Part shown: in pieces, positions 1-8,593 of the stretch | Numbering within the stretch: the stretch's first letter is position 1 | Layout of the letters: the number at the start of each line of letters is the position of its first letter | Origin: Candidatus Zixiibacteriota bacterium | GTDB taxonomy: Bacteria; Zixibacteria; MSB-5A5; GN15; JAAZOE01 | NCBI GenBank assembly: GCA_043819555.1 | Contig: JBDREQ010000032.1 | Span: 1 to 25,671 of the forward strand | Direction: 5' to 3' | Length of the DNA stretch: 25,671 nucleotides | The notes under the pieces: generated by a model | What the model was told of the DNA's origin: nothing | Databases searched by the model: none | Seen by the model: the letters and a program-made list of their open reading frames with translations, nothing else | Translations under genes and position numbers: made by a program

Positions 1-203
1 CAGCGATGAGCACGACTTTGTTGATCAGCGTACGCCGGCTGATAACCACTCTGTTTACTCCCATTTCGTTTCAACTCTCGAGCCACTGTCGATGGCGAGC
101 GATCCAGAGTTGATGCGATTTGCCTGATCGAACAGCCCGAGGCTGATAATCTGGAAATCTCACACCGCTCTTCAAGGTTAAATTGTTTGTATCTATGTCC
201 CAT
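1..203 (-). mobile_element. IS30-family transposase, N-terminal HTH part (runs off the left edge of the window)
   Basis: Manual translation from ATG at 203 gives MGHRYKQFNLEERCEISRLSASGCSIRQIASTLDRSPSTVARELKRNGSKQSGYQPAYADQQSRAHR, open to the edge. This matches the IS30 HTH pattern (Y-x-Q-x-x-x-EER...SIRQIA..L.RSPSTV.RELKRN). GAGGTG SD upstream. Confidence 0.85.
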
Positions 204-285
204 AACACCTCTATTAAGTTGAGTTATGTAGATCGAAATCTCTGCGGTTTCGACAACGGGACTGACGCTGAATGGGCAAGAATTA

Positions 286-328
286 ATGTCAGGTCACAAT
301 TCCGCTTCGCCAAATCAGGACCTGACAT
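286..328. repeat. REP-like inverted repeat
   Basis: Perfect 10-bp arms ATGTCAGGTC (286-295) / GACCTGACAT (319-328), intergenic. Confidence 0.6.
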
Positions 329-376
329 CACATAAGATAAAAATGTCCTGGAATTTTTATTCCTCTAATTGTTCCT

Positions 377-480
377 GTCATCGCGAGGAGGCCAAAGACC
401 GACGCGGCGATCTGGCAACTTCTGAAAACCCATAGATTGCCCCATCCTCCCCGTGTCCCACGGAGAGGATTCGCAGTGAC
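377..480. repeat. Nested palindromic extragenic element (GTCATTGCGAG...GCAATCT...AGATTGC...TCGCAATGAC type)
   Basis: Outer arms GTCATCGCGA / TCGCAGTGAC, inner arms GGCGATCT (406-413) / AGATTGCC (434-441), and a further hairpin ATCCTC-CCGTG / CACGG-GAGGAT (444-470). Confidence 0.7.
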
Positions 481-532
481 GAAATCTAAGTTTCCAACAA
501 TTGCGACAACTCGAGAGTTGCCATTACACAAA

Positions 533-578
533 AGGATATGGAAACTGGAGCTTTCCGGCTTCCAATCCTGCTTTTTTT
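533..578 (+). terminator. Intrinsic terminator-like hairpin (possibly bidirectional)
   Basis: Imperfect long stem AGGAT-TGGAA-CTGGA / TCCGG-TTCCA-ATCCT followed by T7 (572-578), with an A-run on the left side. Confidence 0.5.
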
Positions 579-617
579 GCCTTGACTTGAAAAGATACAA
601 TTTCTGAAGTTAATGCT

Positions 618-1019
618 ATGGCCTATATTATCGCGGCAAATATAATTTTAGTCATTCATCTCGGATTTGTTGTTTTTGTAATTCTTGGCGCTTTACTGGT
701 CGTGAAAAAGCGTTGGGTGGCCTGGCTCCACGTCCCTGCCGCCATCTGGGGAATGCTGATCGAGTTTCAGGATTGGATTTGTCCGTTGACCCCATGGGAA
801 AATCAACTCAGGCAATTGGGAAATCAAAGCGGTTATACGGGCGGATTCATTGAGCATTACCTCCTGGCAATAATTTATCCCTCTGGGTTAACTCGTGAAA
901 TTCAGATTATTCTGGGCATTTTTGTTCTTGCATTGAACCTAATCCTATACGGATGGATGATTACTCGGAAAATCCGAGATAGGAGAATTATTACTGTTCA
1001 GGCGGATGAACCAAAATAA
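618..1019 (+). CDS. DUF2784-family membrane protein
   Basis: Hydrophobic helices with H-x-x-F, WLHVPAAIWG, ICPLTPWEN and GFIEHY..IIYP motifs typical of DUF2784. Confidence 0.8.
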   Translation: MAYIIAANIILVIHLGFVVFVILGALLVVKKRWVAWLHVPAAIWGMLIEFQDWICPLTPWENQLRQLGNQSGYTGGFIEHYLLAIIYPSGLTREIQIILGIFVLALNLILYGWMITRKIRDRRIITVQADEPK

Positions 1020-1140
1020 CGCATAGGATTACGGCTGTATTATCTTAAAGACCATCAATTGCCAATTCCGGACTAATTTTATGGCTTGACGGATAAGTAT
1101 CAATTCAATTATTTTTTACTTAAATTAAGAGGAGGTAAGT

Positions 1141-1635
1141 ATGCCATCCAGATATTTGCTAAGCGTATTGATAATTCTCGTCGCACTATTAATTATTGTG
1201 CCGTCTGCATTTGCTCAACAAAAGAGACCGATACAAATATCGGTATTTACGCCGGTCCAAATATTCAATGAAAACGATCCGATATCCGGCATTCGACTTA
1301 ACCTGATTTATGGCCGCAGTGTGTCACTGACGGGACTCGATTTGGGGTTGGTAAATCACACTACAACCGGCGTTACCAAGGGCGTTCAATGGGGATTTGT
1401 AGGTATAGCCGACGCCAATTTTGTCGGTTGGCAGGATAACGCCGTTAATATTGTGAAAGGCAATTTTGAAGGATTCCAGTGGGGATTCGTTAATTATGCC
1501 AATTACGCCAGCGGTTTCCAACTCGGATTTGTCAACTACGCCAGGAGCATGAAGGGACTTCAGATTGGACTTGTCAATATAATCAAACAGGGCGGTCAAT
1601 TCCCGGTATTCCCGATTGTGAACTGGTCGTTCTAA
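1141..1635 (+). CDS. Secreted/outer-membrane protein with GxQxGxVN repeats (LA_2272-like surface repeat)
   Basis: GGAGG SD, signal peptide ending AFA, ~14-19 aa repeats (GVQWGFVG, GFQWGFVN, GFQLGFVN, GLQIGLVN), terminal Phe. Confidence 0.7.
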   Translation: MPSRYLLSVLIILVALLIIVPSAFAQQKRPIQISVFTPVQIFNENDPISGIRLNLIYGRSVSLTGLDLGLVNHTTTGVTKGVQWGFVGIADANFVGWQDNAVNIVKGNFEGFQWGFVNYANYASGFQLGFVNYARSMKGLQIGLVNIIKQGGQFPVFPIVNWSF

Positions 1636-1881
1636 AACCGTTAACATAGCTAACTATAAAGACATACTATTAGCCCGATATCTTTAGCTTGTTTATTATC
1701 TAATATTCGAATGACCTGTGATCATTCCTTTCGTAGATTAAGATGGTGAGTAACTTCAATCATTGACAAAAATGCAAATTGTGCTTTATTTATTGCAGGC
1801 GATCTATACTTCTGACGTTGAACATATCAATAGATATTTCGTCTGAGTATTATAATTGTGATGATTTGTCCGGGAGGCGGT

Positions 1882-4800
1882 ATGTTTTGGAGATTAATTT
1901 TTGCGATTTTTATTATTATCCTCACCTCATTTACTTTGGTATCCGGGGCTGATCTTTATAAGGTTTCAGTCGAAAGTAACAACAGCGCGGACTATTTAAA
2001 TTCCCTCACAATTCAACCTGTTATGCAATTGCATGATGGGTATTTGATTCTCTGTGATAGACAAAATTATGAATTAATTCACCAATCATCGAATGATATA
2101 AAGCTCATTGCCCTTAATGTTGATATTGAAGATCTGGCAATCGATCGCCGCCGCGATAATATTAATGCTCAGAAGTATCCGGTTCTATTTGAGCAGGGAA
2201 ATGTGCGGATATTTAAGGCTGATGACAAAAGCGTTTTGACCGCAGATATTTCACCGATTATTAGGACCCCTGAGAAAATCATTTATACGCCTAATCAGAC
2301 ACTAAATCCCGGATATACAATGGGTAATATCGATCTGCAATGGCTGATTGATCAAATCGAGCAGGATTCGGTAGAAGCGTACCTCTATCGTCTGGAAGCT
2401 TATTATCGCCGCCTGACCGGTACGGATTCCTGTTTTGCCGCCGCTGATTGGATTTATGATAAATTCGCGTCGTTTGGATATGATTCAGTCTATCATGACC
2501 CCTTTACCGGTTCTCAATTGTGGGACCGTCATCTCGTACCCAGCGTGAATATTGTTTGTACAAAATTGGGAACTTTATATCCCGATTATCAAATAATCGT
2601 CGGAGGGCATTTTGACGCGGTGCCCGATTGCCCGGGAGCCGATGATAATGGCACCGGAACTACCGGAACATTGGAAATAGCCAGAGTCCTCACTGATATT
2701 GAAACCGAGGTGACCATTGTTTTTATCGCTTTTGATTCCGAGGAGTCGTGGATGTGGGGGTCATATCATTATATGGATGAAGCCGCGGCGCGTGGCGATA
2801 AAATCCTGTATATGATGAATCTGGATATGATTGGGGATCGGACCAACTATGACTGGGCTAATTTGTATTATGGTTCGGTCATTACATATTCTGAGTTATG
2901 GAAAGAACTTGCGGATTCTCTGGTTGGAATTACGGCCGATTTATCCGGTTCGACAGCATCGGATCATTTGCCGTTTCAGGAAGCCGGGATACCGGTTACA
3001 TTTGTCCAGGAATATTTTTTTTCGGATAACTACCACTTCCCGACTGACAGCACGTCCTATATAAATTTTGAATATATGACGCGGATGATAAAAGCATCGA
3101 TTGCCACCATGGCGGTTATCAGCGAAGCTCCTATTTCGATTGAGATTGAATCTGCTCTTGATGTTGGCGACGGCCAGGCCGTCCAGGTGAATTGGAATCA
3201 TGAAATAAGCGCCGACATTGATTATTTTAGAATATTTTATGACACCTATCCGCCGACAGGATTGGATTCTATTGATGTTGACGGTTCAATTACTGGCTAT
3301 ACAATTGAAGGTTTGACGACCGGCCAGGAATATAAGATCTATATTGATGCATACGATTTAGACGGCAATCGCTCGTTTTTACGCCATCCTATAAGCGTAA
3401 CGCCATATTTATTTCCGCAGGCGCCGGCAGGAGTTACAGTTAGATCATTATTGCGTTCGATTGAAATTAGCTGGAATAGTCAGAATGCGGAGCTGGATTT
3501 TAGTCATTATGTAATTGAGAGGGACGATATAACTTTGCCAATGAATTTAACTTCGGGGCCTTATATCGATAATGATTTCGATCTGGGCGCGGCTTTCCAT
3601 TCTTATCGGGTGGCGGCTGTTGATAATGACGGATATATCTCGGATTTGACGGGGATCGACTTTCAGGTTACCAGAGCGGCCACCTTGGAACCGGGGACTG
3701 TTTTGGGTATTAACCGGTCCAGTAATTTGGCGACTAGTATTGTCAACGAAGCCGTCACCGGGCTATTTATTCGCGATGCCCTGGAGCCATTCAATTTTGA
3801 TTATTATTCTGACAGCGCTTATACTTCAAAACCGGCCAATGAAAGGCTGGGATTGTATGATTTTCTTGATTATGAGCTACTCGTAATCGGAGGCGAATCA
3901 GGCCGGGAAGATGATATCGGAGCGTCGGTACTAATGGGTGGTATTCTCGATGATATTGAATATTACATGTCGTTAGGCGGAAAAGTTATTATTTTTGGCC
4001 GTTGGGGAGATCTCAAAACCGGACCCTCTACATATCAAAATGATTATTTTAATGAAGGCAACTCCGACTATAATTACGAGGCAATTTTTCATATCGATAC
4101 CCGTACAAAATTCGTCCACACAATAGACGGAACAACCATGTATTCGGATTTAATCGGCGCGCATTCAAATATGCCCGGTTATCCGGCAATGACCTGGGAC
4201 AGTCTGGCCGCAGTTGATCATTCATCGCCATGGGTACAAGTATCCGGGATACCCTGTCCGACATTTGTCCATCTGGGCTATTCCGGCTCGGATCTTGACA
4301 TTCTATATACCTATGATTCAAGGACCGATGCCTATCAGGCAGAAAACAAACCGATCGCCTGGAGATATTTGGGCGAAGATTATCAGTATTTCTTTTTCGA
4401 GATGGCCTTAACGTTTTTTGAACGTTCAACAGCGATGACCGTATTACAAACTGCCGTTACTGAGCTATTGTCGGCCGGATTCGCAGGGGAAACCCTGTCC
4501 GAACCGCAATTAATTGAGGTCGATAATACTCCGGCAATGGTAGAAATTTATTTGGGTAATTTCAGAGAAGGCAAAATAGCAAGTGATATAGATGTCTCAT
4601 CTTTATCCATAAACGGAAGCCTATCTCCGAATTCAACATCAATTCTTCCAACATATTTATATTTCTCCGGCGAAGTTCTAAAGATGGATTTCACTGGTTC
4701 CGATTTTATGGAAACTTATGGTCATGTAGTTTATAGCGGGAGTTATAGCTATTTAATCTCATGGCAATTTCTGGGCGAAGGCGAATCGCATTCGGCCACC

Positions 4801-5031
4801 GGACATGTTACGTTAATTGCCGAATCACAAGTTTTAATCGGCGACGCCAATGGCGATGGGACTGTCAATGTTGCTGATGCCGTTTATTTAATAAATCACA
4901 TTTTCAAAGGCGGCCCGCCTCCTGAGACTGTGGAAATAGGTGATGCCAATTGCGATGGTTCAGTAAACGTGGGGGATGCCGTGTATTTAATTAACCATGT
5001 TTTCAAAGGCGGCCCCGGTCCTTGTGAGTAA
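1882..5031 (+). CDS. Secreted M28-family metallopeptidase with FN3-like domains and C-terminal dockerin type I repeats
   Basis: GGGAGG SD before ATG 1882 and a signal peptide. M28 ligands GGHFD, GADDNGTG, DSEE, NLDMIG, SDH, YH. FN3-like region (VNW...YRIFY...YTIEGLTTGQEY). Duplicated GDANxDGxVNVxDAVYLINHxFKGGP at the C-terminus. Confidence 0.85.
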   Translation: MFWRLIFAIFIIILTSFTLVSGADLYKVSVESNNSADYLNSLTIQPVMQLHDGYLILCDRQNYELIHQSSNDIKLIALNVDIEDLAIDRRRDNINAQKYPVLFEQGNVRIFKADDKSVLTADISPIIRTPEKIIYTPNQTLNPGYTMGNIDLQWLIDQIEQDSVEAYLYRLEAYYRRLTGTDSCFAAADWIYDKFASFGYDSVYHDPFTGSQLWDRHLVPSVNIVCTKLGTLYPDYQIIVGGHFDAVPDCPGADDNGTGTTGTLEIARVLTDIETEVTIVFIAFDSEESWMWGSYHYMDEAAARGDKILYMMNLDMIGDRTNYDWANLYYGSVITYSELWKELADSLVGITADLSGSTASDHLPFQEAGIPVTFVQEYFFSDNYHFPTDSTSYINFEYMTRMIKASIATMAVISEAPISIEIESALDVGDGQAVQVNWNHEISADIDYFRIFYDTYPPTGLDSIDVDGSITGYTIEGLTTGQEYKIYIDAYDLDGNRSFLRHPISVTPYLFPQAPAGVTVRSLLRSIEISWNSQNAELDFSHYVIERDDITLPMNLTSGPYIDNDFDLGAAFHSYRVAAVDNDGYISDLTGIDFQVTRAATLEPGTVLGINRSSNLATSIVNEAVTGLFIRDALEPFNFDYYSDSAYTSKPANERLGLYDFLDYELLVIGGESGREDDIGASVLMGGILDDIEYYMSLGGKVIIFGRWGDLKTGPSTYQNDYFNEGNSDYNYEAIFHIDTRTKFVHTIDGTTMYSDLIGAHSNMPGYPAMTWDSLAAVDHSSPWVQVSGIPCPTFVHLGYSGSDLDILYTYDSRTDAYQAENKPIAWRYLGEDYQYFFFEMALTFFERSTAMTVLQTAVTELLSAGFAGETLSEPQLIEVDNTPAMVEIYLGNFREGKIASDIDVSSLSINGSLSPNSTSILPTYLYFSGEVLKMDFTGSDFMETYGHVVYSGSYSYLISWQFLGEGESHSATGHVTLIAESQVLIGDANGDGTVNVADAVYLINHIFKGGPPPETVEIGDANCDGSVNVGDAVYLINHVFKGGPGPCE

Positions 5032-5052
5032 CCGGGGCCACCGCAGCATAGT

Positions 5053-7137
5053 TTAATCATTCATTTGTTCGACAGCCATTTTTGCCGCGTCTAATAATGG
5101 TTGCGGTGAGATTGGCTGGCCGACGGCTATTTCCATCCAGTGATCGGGTGTAACCGAACCGATTTTGCACATGCGGACCATTTCTTCTCCGATTACTTTG
5201 TCTTTCATGTAATCTTCGATTTGAAAAGCGATCATCGAACCGATAGCATAGTTAGGCAAATATAAGGCGGCGTCAATTATGTGTGAATAAATCGCAAGGA
5301 TTTCACAATCATGAATTCCAAATACGGGCTCAAAATATTGATTCCAGATATCACGAGCAATTGAGACTACTGCTGTTTTTAACTCTTCCGGTGTCGCATC
5401 CGGATGTCCATACATCCAGCGCCAGATTCTCATATCCAGCAATGATACTCCACAAATTTCCATCGCACCCCAGGTCTCATCAAGGACATATAGATTATGG
5501 GCTTCAGGATTATCGATATTGAGACCCAAGAGCTCAATATCCCGAGTTTGAAAAATAAAGGCGAAGCTCTCTGTAAAAGCAGTGTTGGGAACGCCTCTCA
5601 ATAATGTATGATCGACCATGTAAAGTGAAATAACCTGCTCAACATTATGCCCGAACTCGTGAACTGCAATATTAAAGCCCTTGTAATCGATACCAGATTC
5701 GCCTACCCTGGTTCTTAGCCGGGCTTTTTCGCCGCGATACGGCGGACCTGAAGCATGCCCAATGCCGCGCGAGGGATCAACGGCGATTTTTGATGCAATT
5801 TCGGCCGCGACGGATTTCTCAAATCCGAGTTTTCCAAGGATGTTTGGGAAATCAGCCTGAAGCGCTTCGGCGTTTGGATATTTATTTTTCACTATACTGT
5901 CGAGTTTTCTCTCGTCAATGCCGGAGCGAGTCTTGAATCCATCGTACCAGATATCAAATGGACGCAGCTTTCTTCCCAGCCGTTTTTCAATCAATTGCCC
6001 GATATCCTGCAATACTTCTGAGGTCAAAACGGTCTCAAATAATTTTTCGACATTTTCTTCAAGCATTTCCCGATCTCGTTGAAAACGACGATCCATCAGG
6101 GTTGGCCATTTTTGAAAATACTTGTCGGTATCTTTCTGGGCTTTGAAGATATTCAGTAAATGTTCATATCGAGTATTTGGTTCAGGCGAATTGTCAACAT
6201 TATCTCCGGGATTTCCTTCTTGTGTCCAGGAATCGGGAATGTCTCCATCAACAACTGAAGAGACGATTACTTCATTTGAGGAAAGGTTCCAATCGACGGC
6301 CGGATTATTAATGACAGCCTGTGGTATTTCCTGATTAATTATTTTGAGCATGACGTCATATATCATTTCCTGATTCTTCAAGCCATCAGGGTCGGCATAC
6401 CGGGCCTTTAGTTCATCTCGCAAATTCCAATGGGAAATCAGTCGCATTCCTTCCGGAAAAAGTCGATGACCGTCCGGAGTAAGCAAATGATGCATAAATA
6501 TATTGTAGGCACCGATATAGTTGTCAGCCTCGACAGAAACCTTATTGAGATTTTTTGAAATATCTGCCGGCACTCTCGAAGAAAAATATGAACCAAGCCG
6601 GGCAAAGACCCAATCCTCTCTTGAAAAACCGGATCCTTCTGAAAGCAACTCATCCAGACTATAATCGGGGAAATTCAAAAGCGCAATGAAGGCCAGTTTC
6701 GATTCAAATAAATCATCATTGATGTGGGATCCGGGTGAAAACTCGGCAAATCCATAATCTATCGGCAGAAGCGGTCCAGTGTCGATCGTTACCTGCCAAC
6801 CAAGTTCTCTGCCCATTTGCCAGAGATGACCATATATGCTAGCCAGAGCATCCTGATAACGCCAAGCCGTTTGGAGCCTCTGTTCGTCACCAATTATAAA
6901 ATTATCCAAACAGAATTTGACATACTCGTCGCCCGTCCCATCGCTTTCTTGCCATAATTGAGCCACCTGTCGGGCGCCCTTTTCAAAATTCGCCAATGCC
7001 GCGCCGGGATTGGCATCGGCAAAAGCTTCAACCGCCTTTTTGATATTATCTTCCATAATAACTTTTCCCTGTGCAATAATATTTCCAGCTAAAATAAAAA
7101 TAAAAAGGGCTGTCGAAAGGTTCACTATCGTTTTCAT
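5053..7137 (-). CDS. Secreted putative gluzincin Zn-metallopeptidase (M2/M3/M32-like), family unassigned
   Basis: GGAGAGG SD before ATG 7137, signal peptide, HEFGH motif (5647-5661) with Glu in NTAFTE 26 residues downstream. Confidence 0.65.
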   Translation of the reverse strand: MKTIVNLSTALFIFILAGNIIAQGKVIMEDNIKKAVEAFADANPGAALANFEKGARQVAQLWQESDGTGDEYVKFCLDNFIIGDEQRLQTAWRYQDALASIYGHLWQMGRELGWQVTIDTGPLLPIDYGFAEFSPGSHINDDLFESKLAFIALLNFPDYSLDELLSEGSGFSREDWVFARLGSYFSSRVPADISKNLNKVSVEADNYIGAYNIFMHHLLTPDGHRLFPEGMRLISHWNLRDELKARYADPDGLKNQEMIYDVMLKIINQEIPQAVINNPAVDWNLSSNEVIVSSVVDGDIPDSWTQEGNPGDNVDNSPEPNTRYEHLLNIFKAQKDTDKYFQKWPTLMDRRFQRDREMLEENVEKLFETVLTSEVLQDIGQLIEKRLGRKLRPFDIWYDGFKTRSGIDERKLDSIVKNKYPNAEALQADFPNILGKLGFEKSVAAEIASKIAVDPSRGIGHASGPPYRGEKARLRTRVGESGIDYKGFNIAVHEFGHNVEQVISLYMVDHTLLRGVPNTAFTESFAFIFQTRDIELLGLNIDNPEAHNLYVLDETWGAMEICGVSLLDMRIWRWMYGHPDATPEELKTAVVSIARDIWNQYFEPVFGIHDCEILAIYSHIIDAALYLPNYAIGSMIAFQIEDYMKDKVIGEEMVRMCKIGSVTPDHWMEIAVGQPISPQPLLDAAKMAVEQMND

Positions 7138-7362
7138 ATTTATCCTCTCCAATTTTATGCAATTATTGTTGGTAGTGGAAGATAATTGGAAATAGACCTC
7201 GAGAAAAGGAATATTATCGGAATTTTGCCTTTGACATTAGATATTCACATTCAGCGGGAACATAATTATGAAAATGGCTGTTATAAGTCCATGATAGACA
7301 TGAAAAGTATGGAAAATTATTTTGGGATTATAAAAAATTTGCACAGAGCAAGGAGATAAGAA

Positions 7363-7926
7363 ATGGTTAAGATTAATGAACATGTTCCTGGTTTTTCGGT
7401 TGACGCGTATTATAAAGGCGATATGACCAGGGTATCGCTTTCAGATTATAAAGGCAAATGGGTAATTATGTTTTTCTACCCTGCCGATTTTACATTTGTA
7501 TGTCCGACCGAACTTGGTGATTTGGCCGATAATTATGAAAAATTTGTTAATGAAGGCGCCGAAGTACTGGTCGCCTCGACTGATACGGTTTTTAGCCATA
7601 AAGCCTGGCATGATAGTTCGGGAACTGTCGGAAAAATAACCTTCCCAATGCTGGCCGATCCGACCGGTAAAATGTCGCGCGACTTCGGAGTATATCTTGA
7701 AAATGATGGTTTAGCCCTTCGAGGCACATTTGTAATTGACCCGGATGGACTTCTTAAAGCATATGAAATTCATGATAATTCAATCGGGCGTTCCACTGAT
7801 GAGTTATTGCGGAAGCTTCAGGCGGCCAAATTTGTTCGCGAGCATGGCGGCGAAGTTTGTCCGATTAACTGGAAGCCAGGGGAGAAAACATTGACCCCTG
7901 GAATGGATTTGGTTGGCAAAATTTAA
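7363..7926 (+). CDS. ahpC: 2-Cys peroxiredoxin (alkyl hydroperoxide reductase C)
   Basis: FFYPADFTFVCPTE and resolving EVCP motifs, AAGGAG SD. Confidence 0.92.
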   Translation: MVKINEHVPGFSVDAYYKGDMTRVSLSDYKGKWVIMFFYPADFTFVCPTELGDLADNYEKFVNEGAEVLVASTDTVFSHKAWHDSSGTVGKITFPMLADPTGKMSRDFGVYLENDGLALRGTFVIDPDGLLKAYEIHDNSIGRSTDELLRKLQAAKFVREHGGEVCPINWKPGEKTLTPGMDLVGKI

Positions 7927-7949
7927 TGGACGCTTTTCAGCTCTATGTT

Positions 7950-7979
7950 AAAAAACCCGCCACGGAGGCGGGTTTTTTT
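7950..7979 (+). terminator. Intrinsic terminator after ahpC
   Basis: AAAAAACCCGCC-acgga-GGCGGGTTTTTTT. Confidence 0.9.
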
Positions 7980-8075
7980 ATTTTATTCTGAAATATGTTG
8001 TGCCTAAACCGGTTATCTCAATCGACCGATAAGAACGGGGACAGGGTCAAGGCGGGGATTTTTTTAATTAATGAC

Positions 8076-8103
8076 TTGACAGTAGAATATTTTGCCTTAT
8101 ATT
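8076..8103 (+). promoter_or_regulatory. sigma70-type promoter of the rplM operon
   Basis: TTGACA-16 nt-TATATT, ~45 nt upstream of rplM. Confidence 0.7.
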
Positions 8104-8146
8104 TTCTGGCTCTGTTATTTAGCGGATTTATATTTTGGAGTTGGAA

Positions 8147-8578
8147 ATGAAAACATTTATTCCCAAGGCGACCGACATTGATCGAAAATGGTTTGTTGCT
8201 GATCTCAAAGGAGCCATACTGGGGCGAGCCGCGGTTAAAATAGCCGATATTTTACGCGGCAAAAACAAACCATATTTTTCACCGCATCTTGATTGCGGCG
8301 ATAATGTTATCGTTATTAACGCCCGTCATGTAACCCTTACCGGGCGAAAAGCCGAAGATAAAAAATATTACACTCATTCCGGATACCCAGGCGGATTGCG
8401 GACTCGCAGTTACGCCCAGATGATGAACAAACACCCGGAAAGAATCGTTGAAAAGGCAATTAAAGGCATGATACCGCATAATCGTCTGGGACGAAAAGTA
8501 TTTAATAAGCTTTATGTATATGCCGATGATATACATCCTCACCAAGCTCAAAAACCTCAAGCCCTGAACATGGGCTGA
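8147..8578 (+). CDS. rplM: 50S ribosomal protein L13
   Basis: MKTFIPK..RKWFVAD..LGR..LRGKNKP..PHLDCGD..HSGYPGG. Start moved to ATG 8147 after GGAG. Confidence 0.97.
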   Translation: MKTFIPKATDIDRKWFVADLKGAILGRAAVKIADILRGKNKPYFSPHLDCGDNVIVINARHVTLTGRKAEDKKYYTHSGYPGGLRTRSYAQMMNKHPERIVEKAIKGMIPHNRLGRKVFNKLYVYADDIHPHQAQKPQALNMG

Positions 8579-8593
8579 AAGTGGAAATAGAAT

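Noticed and set aside
225..240. TGTAGATCGAAATC resembling the E. coli IS30 terminal repeat
   Set aside because: Wrong orientation for a left IR of a minus-strand transposase, only a short match, and no partner visible.
328..600. 90-aa minus-strand ORF
   Set aside because: It reads through the palindromic element (IAASVFGLLAMT is a typical repeat-derived pseudo-peptide), has a TTG start and no SD.
1657..1681. TAAA...CCCGATAT sigma28-like motif
   Set aside because: Spacer is two nt shorter than consensus.
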